DNA of 64,000 nucleotides, taken from assembly GCA_964606765.1 (NCBI GenBank), contig CAZSIR010000001.1:5988-69987 (forward strand). Direction: 5' to 3'. This stretch comes from an uncultured Bordetella sp. (GTDB taxonomy: Bacteria; Pseudomonadota; Gammaproteobacteria; Burkholderiales; SG8-41). Positions 55,666 through 64,000 of the stretch are shown here, in pieces. The notes under the pieces were generated by a model. The model saw nothing but the letters and a program-made list of their open reading frames with translations, was not told the DNA's origin and did no database searches. Made by a program: the position numbers and the translations under genes. Positions within the stretch are counted from its first letter, which is position 1. Each line of letters opens with the position of its first letter.

Positions 55666-56412
55666 TCAGGCCGCCATTGCGGCAACCTGGCGCTCGATTT
55701 CCTTGGGGTTGGCGAGATAGGCGGCGCCCATGCCCTGGCTCATCGGATCCGGGAAGATTTCTTCGGTCCCGGCTTCGATGCCGGCAATGATGGCGCGGGC
55801 CGCATCGGCAGGCGAGGTCTTGTCAAAGGGGATGTCTTCCGCCATGCGCGTATCGATCGGTCCGGGGTAGACGCCGAACACCTGCGTGCCCTGACCCTTG
55901 AGCATCAGGCGCGTGGCCTGGGTCAGGGAATGCACGGCGGCCTTGGACGCGCTGTACGATGCGAGCAGCGCAAAATTCACCAGCGAGGCCACGGAAGCGA
56001 TATTGCCGACTGCGCCGCCGCCGTTTTTCGCCAGCACCGGCGCAAAAGCCTGGGTCACGGCAAAGGTGCCGAAGAAGTTGACGGCCATTTCCTTCTGCCC
56101 GGAACTGATCCACTGCGGATCGGTGAAAGCGCCGCCGACATGGCCGGCGTACCCGGCGTTGTTGACCAGCAGCTGCACGTCGGGCGCTGCTGCGGCAGCG
56201 GCCTTGATCTGCGCCGCATCGGTGACATCGAGCTGCAGCGCGACAACCCGTTTGCCATGCTGCGCGGTCAGCGGCGCGAGGTCGCCCACGTTGCGCGCGG
56301 CGGCATAGACCCTGGCCGCGCCGGCGGCCACCAGCGCATCAACGATGGCCTTGCCGATGCCGCGATTGGCGCCGGTGACCAGCGCTGTTTTGCCCTTGAT
56401 TGAGAAACCCAT
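55666..56412 (-). CDS. SDR family oxidoreductase
   Basis: TALVTGANRGIGKA (TGxxxGIG), NNAG and YSASKAA (YxxxK). Confidence 0.9.
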   Translation of the reverse strand: MGFSIKGKTALVTGANRGIGKAIVDALVAAGAARVYAAARNVGDLAPLTAQHGKRVVALQLDVTDAAQIKAAAAAAPDVQLLVNNAGYAGHVGGAFTDPQWISSGQKEMAVNFFGTFAVTQAFAPVLAKNGGGAVGNIASVASLVNFALLASYSASKAAVHSLTQATRLMLKGQGTQVFGVYPGPIDTRMAEDIPFDKTSPADAARAIIAGIEAGTEEIFPDPMSQGMGAAYLANPKEIERQVAAMAA

Positions 56413-56457
56413 GATGGTGAACTCCTTTATTCCTGAATGTGTTTGATCGTTTAAAAC

Positions 56458-56503
56458 AGACAGACCTGTCTATTCGCGGAGTTGACTGTAGACAGATCTG
56501 TCT
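56458..56503. promoter_or_regulatory. Candidate TetR operators: two AGACAG-NN-CTGTCT palindromes
   Basis: agacagacctgtct at 56458..56471 and agacagatctgtct at 56490..56503, centres 32 bp apart, in the 104-bp gap between the divergent SDR and TetR genes. Confidence 0.65.
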
Positions 56504-56516
56504 GTATTGTCAAGCC

Positions 56517-57104
56517 ATGCCTGCAAAAAAAGATTCCGCAGCCCAAAAGCCCGCTGTCCAGTCCAGCGTGCGGGAGCGCCTGCTCGACACCGCCGACCGC
56601 CTGTTTTACCGGGAAGGGGTGCGCGCGGTCGGCATCGACCGCGTATTGGCCGAAGCGGGTGCGGCCAAGGCCTCGCTGTATGCGCACTTCGGCTGCAAGG
56701 ACGACCTGGTGGCCGCGCATATCCAGCGCCGCGTGACCAGTGCCCGCGCCGAGATCGAGGCCTATGTCGCCGATACGGCCCCGGCGAAACGCGCGCTGCG
56801 CTTTTTCGACTGGGTGGTGGAGATGACGAAATCACGGGATTTCCGCGGCTGCCCGCTGCAGCATGTGGTGGCCGAGCTGAGCGATCCCAAGCATCCGGCC
56901 CGCATCGTTGCCGCCGAACAGCGCGCATGGCTGCATGCGAAATTTGTCGAATGGACGAAGGCGGCCGGCGCCGCCAATCCGGCGGCGACCGCCAATGCGC
57001 TGGTCGTGCTGTTTGACGGCGCGGTGGTGGCGTCGGAACACGACGGCCCGCAGCGGGCGCGGGATGCGCGCTGGATGGCGGGGCAGCTGCTGCAGCAGGG
57101 CTGA
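56517..57104 (+). CDS. TetR/AcrR family transcriptional regulator
   Basis: RERLLDTADRLFYREGVRAVGIDRVLAEAGAAKASLYAHFGCKDDLV is a TetR N-terminal HTH. Confidence 0.9.
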   Translation: MPAKKDSAAQKPAVQSSVRERLLDTADRLFYREGVRAVGIDRVLAEAGAAKASLYAHFGCKDDLVAAHIQRRVTSARAEIEAYVADTAPAKRALRFFDWVVEMTKSRDFRGCPLQHVVAELSDPKHPARIVAAEQRAWLHAKFVEWTKAAGAANPAATANALVVLFDGAVVASEHDGPQRARDARWMAGQLLQQG

Positions 57105-57234
57105 GCGCCCTGGTCCGGGGCATTCGCGGCCGGCGCCGCTTTCGGTTAAATCAGCAGCCCCTGGTCGCGGATTTTTATTATCATCACCGGTATTCCGCGA
57201 TGTAAAAAAATTCCGGCTCCGCCGCAGGGTTCCC

Positions 57235-57738
57235 ATGCGCCGCAAAAAAACTCCGATCATCATCGACGTAGAAGCTTCCGGCTTCGGCAACGGCAGCTAT
57301 CCCATCGAAATCGGCGTGGCGATGGATGATGACAACAAGTACTGTGCGCTGATCCTGCCCGCAGCCGGCTGGGAGCACTGGGATGAGGACGCGGAAAAAG
57401 TCCACCGCATCGCCCGCGACATCCTCGAAACCCACGGCCAGCCGATCCGCGAGGTCGCCGAAAACATGAACCGGCTGTTCGAGGGCAAAACGCTGTATAC
57501 CGACGCCTGGGGCGTGGACAAAACCTGGATCACCAAGCTCTTCTACAAGGCGGGCATCGACATGAAATTCAGCGTCAGCCCGCTCGAACTCATACTCAGC
57601 GAGGAACAGATGGCGCGCTGGCACGCGACCAAGGACAAAATCCTCTCTGAAGTACAGAAGCACCGCCATCGCGCCAGTTTTGACGCCTGGATCATCCAGG
57701 AAACCTACAAGCGGACACTGGCCGAAACACCCGGCTGA
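57235..57738 (+). CDS. DEDD-type 3'-5' exonuclease domain protein
   Basis: IIIDVEASGF (Exo I D-x-E), YTDAWGVD and H...SFDAW (Exo III-like). The start is chosen at MRRKKTP; the longer ORF from 56908 overlaps the TetR gene. Confidence 0.65.
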   Translation: MRRKKTPIIIDVEASGFGNGSYPIEIGVAMDDDNKYCALILPAAGWEHWDEDAEKVHRIARDILETHGQPIREVAENMNRLFEGKTLYTDAWGVDKTWITKLFYKAGIDMKFSVSPLELILSEEQMARWHATKDKILSEVQKHRHRASFDAWIIQETYKRTLAETPG

Positions 57739-57862
57739 CCGGATCCTGTTCGTATCGTGAACTGCACAGCGGCGGGCGGCAGGCCGGCCTTTATGATGTG
57801 CAGTCAGGAAGCCCCATCCGGGCCGCGCCGCAAGCCGCAACCGCCACAGGAAGAGACCGACC

Positions 57863-59275
57863 ATGAGCAAGGCAGCACTGCGCACAATTTTGCCGATTGC
57901 GGGCTGGCCCGAATCGCTGGCCGACAAGGTTGAAATCAGCGGCGGCAGCGATCCGGTGCTGCCCACGCCGTTCCGCATCAGCGAAACCGCGGCGGCCACG
58001 CTGGCTGCGGTCGGGCTCGCAGCCTCTGACCTGTGGCAGTTGCGCACCGGACGCGAACAGCGCGTCGCAGTGGACCTGCGGCGCGCGACGGCATCGCTGC
58101 GCAGCGGGCATTACCTGACCATCGACAACACCTATGTTTCACCGGCGCCGAACGCGGTGATGGGCACCTATCCGGCAAAAAACGGCCGCTGGAGTTATCT
58201 GCACTGCAATTTTCCCAATCACCGCGCCGCCGCGCTGAAGGTGCTCGGCGTGGCGGAGGATCGCGAAGCCGTGCGCAAGGCCGTTGCGCAGTGGGACGCG
58301 CTCGAACTCGAAGAAGCCATCATCGCCGCCAAGGGCGCGGGCGGCATGGTGCGTTCGATGGAGGAGTGGGCCAAACATCCGCAGGGCATCGCGGTGGCGA
58401 CGCTGCCGCTGATGGAAATCACCAGGATCGGCGACAGTCCGGCAGAACCGCTGCCGGCCGGCGACCGGCCGCTGTCGGGCATCCGCGTACTGGACCTGAC
58501 GCGCGTCATCGCCGGGCCGACCTGCGGCCGTACCTTGGCCGAGCACGGCGCCGATGTGCTGAAGATCAGCGCCGAACACCTGCCCAGCCTCGGCCGCCAG
58601 GAATACGACACCGGCCACGGCAAACTCTCGGCGCATCTTGATCTGCGCGACGACAAACAGAAGGAAATCCTGCGCCACCTTGCACGCGAAGCCGATGTGT
58701 TTTCGCAGGGCTATCGCCCGGGCACACTGGCCGGACGCGGGTTCTCGCCCGAGGCGCTGGCTGAAATCCGTCCCGGCATGGTCGTGGTTTCGCTGTCGGC
58801 CTTCAGTCATGTCGGGCCCTGGGCCTCACGCCGCGGCTTTGATACGGTGATCCAGACGGTCAGTGGCATCACCACGCGCCAGGGCGAAGTATTTCCCGGC
58901 GCCGCACCCGGACCGCAGTTTTATCCGGTGTCCGCGATCGATTTTCTCACCGGTTACCTGATGGCCTTCGGCACCATGGTGGCGCTGGGCCGCCGCGCGC
59001 GCGAAGGCGGCAGCTGGCATGTGCGGATTTCGCTGGCGCAGGTCGGACGCTGGCTGGTCAGCCGCGGCCAGGTGCCGGAAGCAGAACTGAAAAACATTGC
59101 GAAGGATTTCACCCCGGAAGAACTGCAGCGCTGGTCGATGATCAGTGAAACTCCGGTGGGACGGCTGCAGCACCTTGCACCGGTGCTGCAGATGTCAGAG
59201 ACCCCGACCCGCTGGGCGCGCACCATGGTGCCGCTGGGCCACAGCCAGCCGGTGTGGCCGCCGCGCAGCGGCTGA
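57863..59275 (+). CDS. Family III CoA-transferase (CaiB/BaiF)
   Basis: PLSGIRVLDLTRVIAGPTCGRTLAEHGADVLKI and GFDTVIQ (Asp nucleophile context). Confidence 0.85.
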   Translation: MSKAALRTILPIAGWPESLADKVEISGGSDPVLPTPFRISETAAATLAAVGLAASDLWQLRTGREQRVAVDLRRATASLRSGHYLTIDNTYVSPAPNAVMGTYPAKNGRWSYLHCNFPNHRAAALKVLGVAEDREAVRKAVAQWDALELEEAIIAAKGAGGMVRSMEEWAKHPQGIAVATLPLMEITRIGDSPAEPLPAGDRPLSGIRVLDLTRVIAGPTCGRTLAEHGADVLKISAEHLPSLGRQEYDTGHGKLSAHLDLRDDKQKEILRHLAREADVFSQGYRPGTLAGRGFSPEALAEIRPGMVVVSLSAFSHVGPWASRRGFDTVIQTVSGITTRQGEVFPGAAPGPQFYPVSAIDFLTGYLMAFGTMVALGRRAREGGSWHVRISLAQVGRWLVSRGQVPEAELKNIAKDFTPEELQRWSMISETPVGRLQHLAPVLQMSETPTRWARTMVPLGHSQPVWPPRSG

Positions 59276-59300
59276 TTTTCCGGGGCGGCAATCCGCGCGC

Positions 59301-60290
59301 TCAGTCGATGTGCGCGCCGGTGACCTTGACCACTTTTTCCCATTTGCGGATGTCGTCCGCAATCAGCCTGCTCATGTCCTGCGGCGTGCTGGTCTGCGTC
59401 TCTACGCCCTGAACCGAGAGTTTTTCGCGGATATCCGGCTGGTTCAGCACCTGGCCCACTTCGCGGTTCAGGCGGTTGATGATGTCGGCGGGGGTGTTCG
59501 CCGGCGCGAACATCGCGTACCACAGCTCGGCTGAAAAACCGGGCACGGTTTCGGCAATCGCCGGAATCTGCGGCAGCGCCGGCGAACGTTTCGGTCCCGT
59601 CACCGCGATGGCGCGCAGACGTCCCGAGCGGATGTGCGGCATCACCGTGATCGCCGAAGCGAAGGACAGCACAATCTGGCCGCCCAGCAGTTCCGTCACC
59701 GCCAGCGCCGTGCCCTTGTACGGCACATGCACCAGCTTCGTGCCCGCCGTGATGTCCATCAATGCGCCCACCAGGTGTCCGAGCGAGCCGCTGCCGGAGG
59801 AGCCGTTGGTGATTTCATTGGGACGCGCGCGCGCCACGGCGAGCAGTTCCTTGGTGTTGCGGGCCGGGAACGACGGATGCACGACCAGGATCAGCGGGCT
59901 GGTGCCGATCTGCGTGACCGGCGCGAGGTCCTTGCTGACGTCAAACGGCAGCTTGCGGTAGAGGTGGGGATTGATGGTGATCGCATTCGGCAGCACGATC
60001 AGGGTGTAGCCGTCGGGCGGTGATTTCACCACATACTCGGTGCCGAGGATGGTGTTGGCCCCCGGCCGGTTTTCGACGATCACCTGCTGGCCGAGGCGCG
60101 TCGGGGCGCTGAGTGAAGCGGCGATCAGCCGCGACAGCGTGTCGTTGCCGCCGCCGGGTGCGAACGGCGAAATGATGCGCAGGGTCTTGGCCGGCCAGGT
60201 CTGTGCATGCAGCGGTGCAGTGGCGGCCAATGCCGGCAACAGCAGCAGGGACATGCGCAGGATGGATGCGGTGCGTTGCAGAATGCTCAA
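59301..60290 (-). CDS. Bug/TctC family substrate-binding protein
   Basis: WPAKTLRIISPFAPGGGND, VENRPGANTILGTE and HVPYKGTALA. Confidence 0.9.
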   Translation of the reverse strand: MSILQRTASILRMSLLLLPALAATAPLHAQTWPAKTLRIISPFAPGGGNDTLSRLIAASLSAPTRLGQQVIVENRPGANTILGTEYVVKSPPDGYTLIVLPNAITINPHLYRKLPFDVSKDLAPVTQIGTSPLILVVHPSFPARNTKELLAVARARPNEITNGSSGSGSLGHLVGALMDITAGTKLVHVPYKGTALAVTELLGGQIVLSFASAITVMPHIRSGRLRAIAVTGPKRSPALPQIPAIAETVPGFSAELWYAMFAPANTPADIINRLNREVGQVLNQPDIREKLSVQGVETQTSTPQDMSRLIADDIRKWEKVVKVTGAHID

Positions 60291-60337
60291 AATGTTCTCC
60301 TCTCGTTGGCTTTGGCCAGACTGGCATTGTTGCCGGC

Positions 60338-61270
60338 TCAGCGTTGCGCCGCTGCACGGTCCGGGAAAAATTCATTCATCATGAAGGCTTCCAGCCCGGA
60401 ATTGTCGCGCGCGCGCGCCGAAAGCGTAATGTAACGCCCCAGGCGCTGTGATTCCCAGAGAAAATCCTCGTTTTCGAATTCGCGGATGATGGAAATCATC
60501 TTGCGCACCACCGCTATGCGGATGTCGCTGTTGTTGCCCCTGCGCACCTCGATCAGCTGCTTGGTGTTGCGGTTGACGTTCTTGTTCCAGCCGTAGAACA
60601 GGAATTCCGCGTAATCCAGGCTTATGCTCTGGATGTCGAACACGCCGCCGCTCTTGTTCGGATCGTAGCCGAAGGTGCGCTGGTTCGCCGAGCCGAGGTT
60701 GCCGGCGATGATGCGCTGCCTGCGCGCTTCGGCCTCATCCACCTGCGTCACCTGCGGCTGCGCGTTCACCGCGGTTTCGCCGCGCGCGCGGCGCCGCGCT
60801 TCGATATACGAGGCCATGTCGCCGACGACGGGTGCGGACTTGGGTGCTGGCGCCACCGGCGGCGCCTCGGGTTTCGGTTCCTTCAGCGCAATGACCGGCG
60901 GCGTGGGCGGCGGACGCGGTACGGCCTTGGCGCGCGGCGCGCGCGGCGCCGGCTCAGGCGCCGGTCGCGGCTGGGCGGGCGCCGCAGGCTGTGAAGGCAG
61001 CAGGGGCGGTCCCGGCGGGGCCAGCCGCAGGGACAGTGTCGGAGGCGTATCCAGATCGCCGCTGGTCTTGGGCAACTGTACCGAAATCGGCGGCAGCTCC
61101 CACAGGGCGGCGAGATGCAGCAGTATCGACAGCGCGACGGCCACCCAGATCCGGGGGATCACCACGCCATCGCGCCTGCTGCGGAACTCGTCGATCCGGT
61201 CGTTTATCAATGCACTGCTGCCTTGCCGCCATGGGGTTGCCCGGACGACGGCCTGAAAGGCCGGCTTCAA
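60338..61270 (-). CDS. Membrane-anchored protein with Pro-rich spacer (TonB-like architecture), hypothetical
   Basis: One TM helix (IWVAVALSILLHLAALW), about 90 aa of P/A-rich spacer, and a C-terminal domain of about 150 aa that I cannot match to the TonB C-terminal pattern. Confidence 0.55.
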   Translation of the reverse strand: MKPAFQAVVRATPWRQGSSALINDRIDEFRSRRDGVVIPRIWVAVALSILLHLAALWELPPISVQLPKTSGDLDTPPTLSLRLAPPGPPLLPSQPAAPAQPRPAPEPAPRAPRAKAVPRPPPTPPVIALKEPKPEAPPVAPAPKSAPVVGDMASYIEARRRARGETAVNAQPQVTQVDEAEARRQRIIAGNLGSANQRTFGYDPNKSGGVFDIQSISLDYAEFLFYGWNKNVNRNTKQLIEVRRGNNSDIRIAVVRKMISIIREFENEDFLWESQRLGRYITLSARARDNSGLEAFMMNEFFPDRAAAQR

Positions 61271-61366
61271 TCAGGGCTCGGGTCGGGGAATATAGCCTGT
61301 CAGACCCGCTTTGATGGGCCGGATTCATATTAATTCTCGGGAATTCTCCCGCCGACCGGGTTTCCG

Positions 61367-61633
61367 TCAGCGAAAGCGGATCTTCGCCACCAGGATCGAT
61401 CCGGCCAGCAGCAGTGTCACGGCATTGGCGAGGATCAGCGGCAGGTCGTCAATCAGGATGCCGTAGGCCAGCCACAGCGTGATGCCCGACACCATCAGGG
61501 CGAACATCGCGAGCGAGACATCACGCGTCGAACGCGAGCGCCAGGCCTTGATCGCCTGCGGCGCGAAAGCCGCGGTCGTCAGCACCGCAGCGGCCATGCC
61601 GATCCAGGTGGCGGAAAAAGCGGGGTCAGTCAT
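61367..61633 (-). CDS. SemiSWEET / PQ-loop family small transporter
   Basis: About 88 aa with three TM helices and the PQ motif in TTAAFAPQAIKAWRSRS. The start is chosen at MTDPAF. Confidence 0.7.
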   Translation of the reverse strand: MTDPAFSATWIGMAAAVLTTAAFAPQAIKAWRSRSTRDVSLAMFALMVSGITLWLAYGILIDDLPLILANAVTLLLAGSILVAKIRFR

Positions 61634-61655
61634 CGTGCCGCCAGTGTACTGCACG

Positions 61656-62639
61656 TTACTGTACGCGGATATCGGCTTCCCTGATCACGCGCGCCCATTT
61701 CTCCAGGTCGGCGCGCAGGAAGGCGCCAAACTCGGCCGGGGAGCTGGTGGCGACATCGAGCCCGGATTTGGCGAGTTGGCCCTTCACTTCCGGGCTCTGC
61801 ATGAACTTCACCACTTCAGTATTGACGCGCTGGATGATCTCCGGCTTCACGCCTGCCGGCGCAAACAGACCGTACCAGGTGTTGATGACCAGTTCCGGCA
61901 TGCCGGCCTCGGCGGTGGTCGGCACCTTGGGAATGGTCGGCACCCGTTCCGGCACCAGCACCGCCAGCCCGCGCAGGCGGCCGCTGTTGATGAAGGGGAT
62001 GGTCGCGGGCACCGTCACCATCACCATCTCGGCCTCGCCGCCGAGGATGTGGGTGAGCGCGATGCTCGCGCCCTTGTACGGTACATGCAGGATGTTGACC
62101 TTGGCCAGCGACTTGAACAGTTCGCCCGCGAGGTGGTTCGAAGAACCCACGCCGCCGGAACCGAAACTCAGCTTGCCCGGATGCGCCTTCGCCAGCCGCA
62201 CCAGTTCGCCAATGTTTTTTGCCGGCACCGATGGATGCAGCACAAACACATTGGGCACGGTCGACAGCTGCGTGATGGCGCTGAAATCGCGCAGCGTGTC
62301 GTAGTTGAGTTTTTTGTACAGGCTGGGGCTGATCGCCAGCGAAGGACTGGTCAGCAGAAAGGTGTGGCCGTCGGGCGGCGATTTGGCCGCGAGTTCAGCC
62401 GCGAGGTTGCCGCCCGCGCCGGGGCGGAAATCGGCGATCACCGTATGTCCGAGCGCCGCAGTGAGTTTTTCCGCCACCAGCAGCCCGAGGATCTGCGAAG
62501 CGCCGGTGGGGAAGGCCACGATCACGCGCACATTGCGTTCGGGATATTTCTGCGCAGCAGCCGGCGTCGCGAAAAAGGCAGCGAAGGATACAGCGCAAGC
62601 CAGCAAAGCCAGACGCAACGGGTCAGGGGCAGCAGTCAT
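61656..62639 (-). CDS. Bug/TctC family substrate-binding protein (divergent ligand-loop motif)
   Basis: YPERNVRVIVAFPTGASQI (instead of PF.AGG..D), FRPGAGGNLAAE and HVPYKGASIA. RBS gggaggag lies before the ATG at 62639. Confidence 0.85.
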   Translation of the reverse strand: MTAAPDPLRLALLACAVSFAAFFATPAAAQKYPERNVRVIVAFPTGASQILGLLVAEKLTAALGHTVIADFRPGAGGNLAAELAAKSPPDGHTFLLTSPSLAISPSLYKKLNYDTLRDFSAITQLSTVPNVFVLHPSVPAKNIGELVRLAKAHPGKLSFGSGGVGSSNHLAGELFKSLAKVNILHVPYKGASIALTHILGGEAEMVMVTVPATIPFINSGRLRGLAVLVPERVPTIPKVPTTAEAGMPELVINTWYGLFAPAGVKPEIIQRVNTEVVKFMQSPEVKGQLAKSGLDVATSSPAEFGAFLRADLEKWARVIREADIRVQ

Positions 62640-62732
62640 CGTGGTTCTCCTCCCACAGCATGCGACGCAAAAAACAAGGGGCCGGGTTTTTGTTCTCCGG
62701 CCCCTCAACAATAGCGCGACTCCCGCTTTTGC

Positions 62733-62770
62733 AAAAAATATCAATTAAATCATATAGTTACGATATTTTC
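62733..62770 (+). repeat. AT-rich dispersed element, copy G (core AATCATATAGTTA at 62748..62760)
   Basis: aaaaaatatcaattaaatcatatagttacgatattttc lies between two minus-strand Bug genes, 9 nt beyond the stop at 62779. Confidence 0.8.
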
Positions 62771-62778
62771 GCGGGCTT

Positions 62779-63756
62779 TTAATTGGTCTGGATGCCGGCC
62801 TTGGTCACGACCTCGGTGTATTTCGCGATCTCGCTTTTCAGCAGCTTGGTCAGATCCTCGGGGCTGCTGACGATGGGATCCAGCGCCTGCTGTTCGTAAA
62901 ACTCGCGCACTTCCTTGGTGTCCAGCGCTTTCTTGATCTGCGCATGCAGCGTGGTCACCACGTTCTGCGGCGATTTCGCCGGCAGGAATACGGCATACCA
63001 CTGGTCCGTGACAAAACCGGGATACACCGAATTCATCGTCGGCAGTTTCGGATCCCAGGCCGTCGGTTTTTCGGTGGTGACTGCGAGCGCGCGGATGCGT
63101 TTTGCGTTGAGGTGCGTCAGCAGGGAAGTGGGCGTGTTGAAAATCATGTCGGCTTCACCGGTGGCCAGTCCCAGCGCCGACGGTCCGCCGCCCTTGTACT
63201 GCACGATCACGCTTTTGGCCTTGGTGAACTGCTTGAACATCTCGGCCGACAGGTGGCTGGTCGTGCCCGCGCCGTTGGCCGCGATGTTGAGTCCCTGCGG
63301 CGCCTGCTTCGAAAGGGCGACCAGTTCCTTGATCGACCGCGCGGGAACGCTGCTGTGTACCGCGAGCACCAGCGCCGTGTTGCTGACCCAGGTCACCGGA
63401 ACCAGATCCTTCAGCAGGTCGAAGCGGATGCTTTTTTTCTGCAGCACCGCGTTCAGTGAAATCGATGCCGTGGTCATCAGCACCGTGTAGCCGTCGGGCG
63501 CGGCCTTGACGACTGCTTCTGCGCCGATCAGGCCGCCGGCACCTGTGCGGTTCTCAACGATGAAGGGCTGGCCCAGTCCCTGGCGCAGCTTGTCGGCGAT
63601 CAGGCGACCCTGCAGGTCGGTGCCGCCGCCGGTGGCGAAGGGCACGATGAACCGGACCGGTTTGTCGGGGTATTGCTGTGCGAAGGCGGTGCTGATGGCG
63701 CCAAAAACAATGGCGGCTGAAGCCAGAAGGCAGTTGCCCAGTGTGTTGCGGTTCAT
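62779..63756 (-). CDS. Bug/TctC family substrate-binding protein
   Basis: YPDKPVRFIVPFATGGGTD, VENRTGAGGLIGAE and QYKGGGPS. RBS gaggag. Confidence 0.9.
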   Translation of the reverse strand: MNRNTLGNCLLASAAIVFGAISTAFAQQYPDKPVRFIVPFATGGGTDLQGRLIADKLRQGLGQPFIVENRTGAGGLIGAEAVVKAAPDGYTVLMTTASISLNAVLQKKSIRFDLLKDLVPVTWVSNTALVLAVHSSVPARSIKELVALSKQAPQGLNIAANGAGTTSHLSAEMFKQFTKAKSVIVQYKGGGPSALGLATGEADMIFNTPTSLLTHLNAKRIRALAVTTEKPTAWDPKLPTMNSVYPGFVTDQWYAVFLPAKSPQNVVTTLHAQIKKALDTKEVREFYEQQALDPIVSSPEDLTKLLKSEIAKYTEVVTKAGIQTN

Positions 63757-63871
63757 TATTTCTCCTCGTTATGGGCACGGCGTGATGAAAGCGCAGGGTC
63801 TGATGCCCCATGGGGTTTGCCGTGCTTGAGGAATAGTAGACCTTTTTCCGGGTGGATGGTTCTGCCTCGCT

Positions 63872-63911
63872 GCAAACCGCCGCCGCACTCAAACAGGCGG
63901 CGGCGGTTTGC
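63872..63911 (-). terminator. Strong GC hairpin downstream of the truncated minus-strand gene (possible terminator, no T tract)
   Basis: 14-bp stem gcaaaccgccgccg / cggcggcggtttgc with a 12-nt loop. Confidence 0.4.
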
Positions 63912-63925
63912 GGCCCGCAATCCCG

Positions 63926-64000
63926 CTAGCGCGCAGCGGCGGGAAACGCCGGCAGCTTGCCCACGTCGCGCGCATCGTGCTGGATGATGACGGTCGCCTT
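63926..64000 (-). CDS. 3' end of an unidentified minus-strand gene (cut by window edge)
   Basis: An open frame runs to the window edge, ending ...KATVIIQHDARDVGKLPAFPAAAR-stop. GC3-rich codon pattern; function unknown. Confidence 0.3.
   Translation of the reverse strand, partial: KATVIIQHDARDVGKLPAFPAAAR

Noticed and set aside
56908-57234. 109-codon N-terminal extension of the exonuclease ORF (ORF track start 56908)
   Set aside because: The extension overlaps the TetR gene in another frame and is Arg/Pro-rich. The exonuclease domain begins right after the internal MRRKKTP start at 57235.
61479-62714. 411-aa plus-strand ORF opposite the SemiSWEET and Bug genes
   Set aside because: It is antisense to two supported minus-strand genes and has a low-information composition.

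Overview
This is a visibly GC-rich, densely coding segment of betaproteobacterial (Burkholderiales-like) character. I call about 70 protein genes on both strands. I recognised no rRNA, tRNA, CRISPR array, transposase or integrase. All product calls come from reading motifs in the supplied translations; no database search was run. The window is dominated by accessory carboxylate metabolism. There are 12 paralogous Bug/TctC-type periplasmic solute-binding proteins, with no TctA/TctB membrane partner in the window. They are interleaved with orphan enzymes: UxaA/SuyAB-like dehydratase, a TPP enzyme, class I fumarase/tartrate-dehydratase alpha and beta subunits, LDH2, an enolase-superfamily protein, MmgE/PrpD, family III CoA-transferase, a C45 acyltransferase, TfdA, dienelactone hydrolases and others. 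Housekeeping genes such as recQ, slyX, ppk2 and an M32 carboxypeptidase are also present.

Observations most worth follow-up:
1. An OsmC-family gene has a single in-frame TGA exactly where the conserved active-site Cys should be, followed by a hairpin. It is either a candidate selenoprotein or a very recent pseudogene.
2. A dispersed family of 7 AT-rich elements of about 35-40 bp shares the core AATCA(A/T)NNNNTTA, which matches the IHF consensus. Each copy sits immediately after a stop codon in otherwise GC-rich DNA. One copy supplies the start codon and N-terminus of a Bug gene.
3. Two GC-rich inverted-repeat elements, whose arms are built from tandem 7-8 bp units, bracket the fumarase-beta-like gene.
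4. A 13-kb same-strand cluster contains a split SDH/FRD-like complex. The Fe-S and two anchor genes lie 4.4 kb from the flavoprotein gene, and the flavoprotein has Cys in place of the FAD-attachment His. The cluster also holds SuyAB-like, LDH2, TPP and leaderless sulfatase genes.
5. Candidate operators lie in front of an XRE/M78-type regulator and a TetR regulator.

Many long ORFs in the six-frame track are antisense shadow ORFs typical of high-GC DNA and were rejected.
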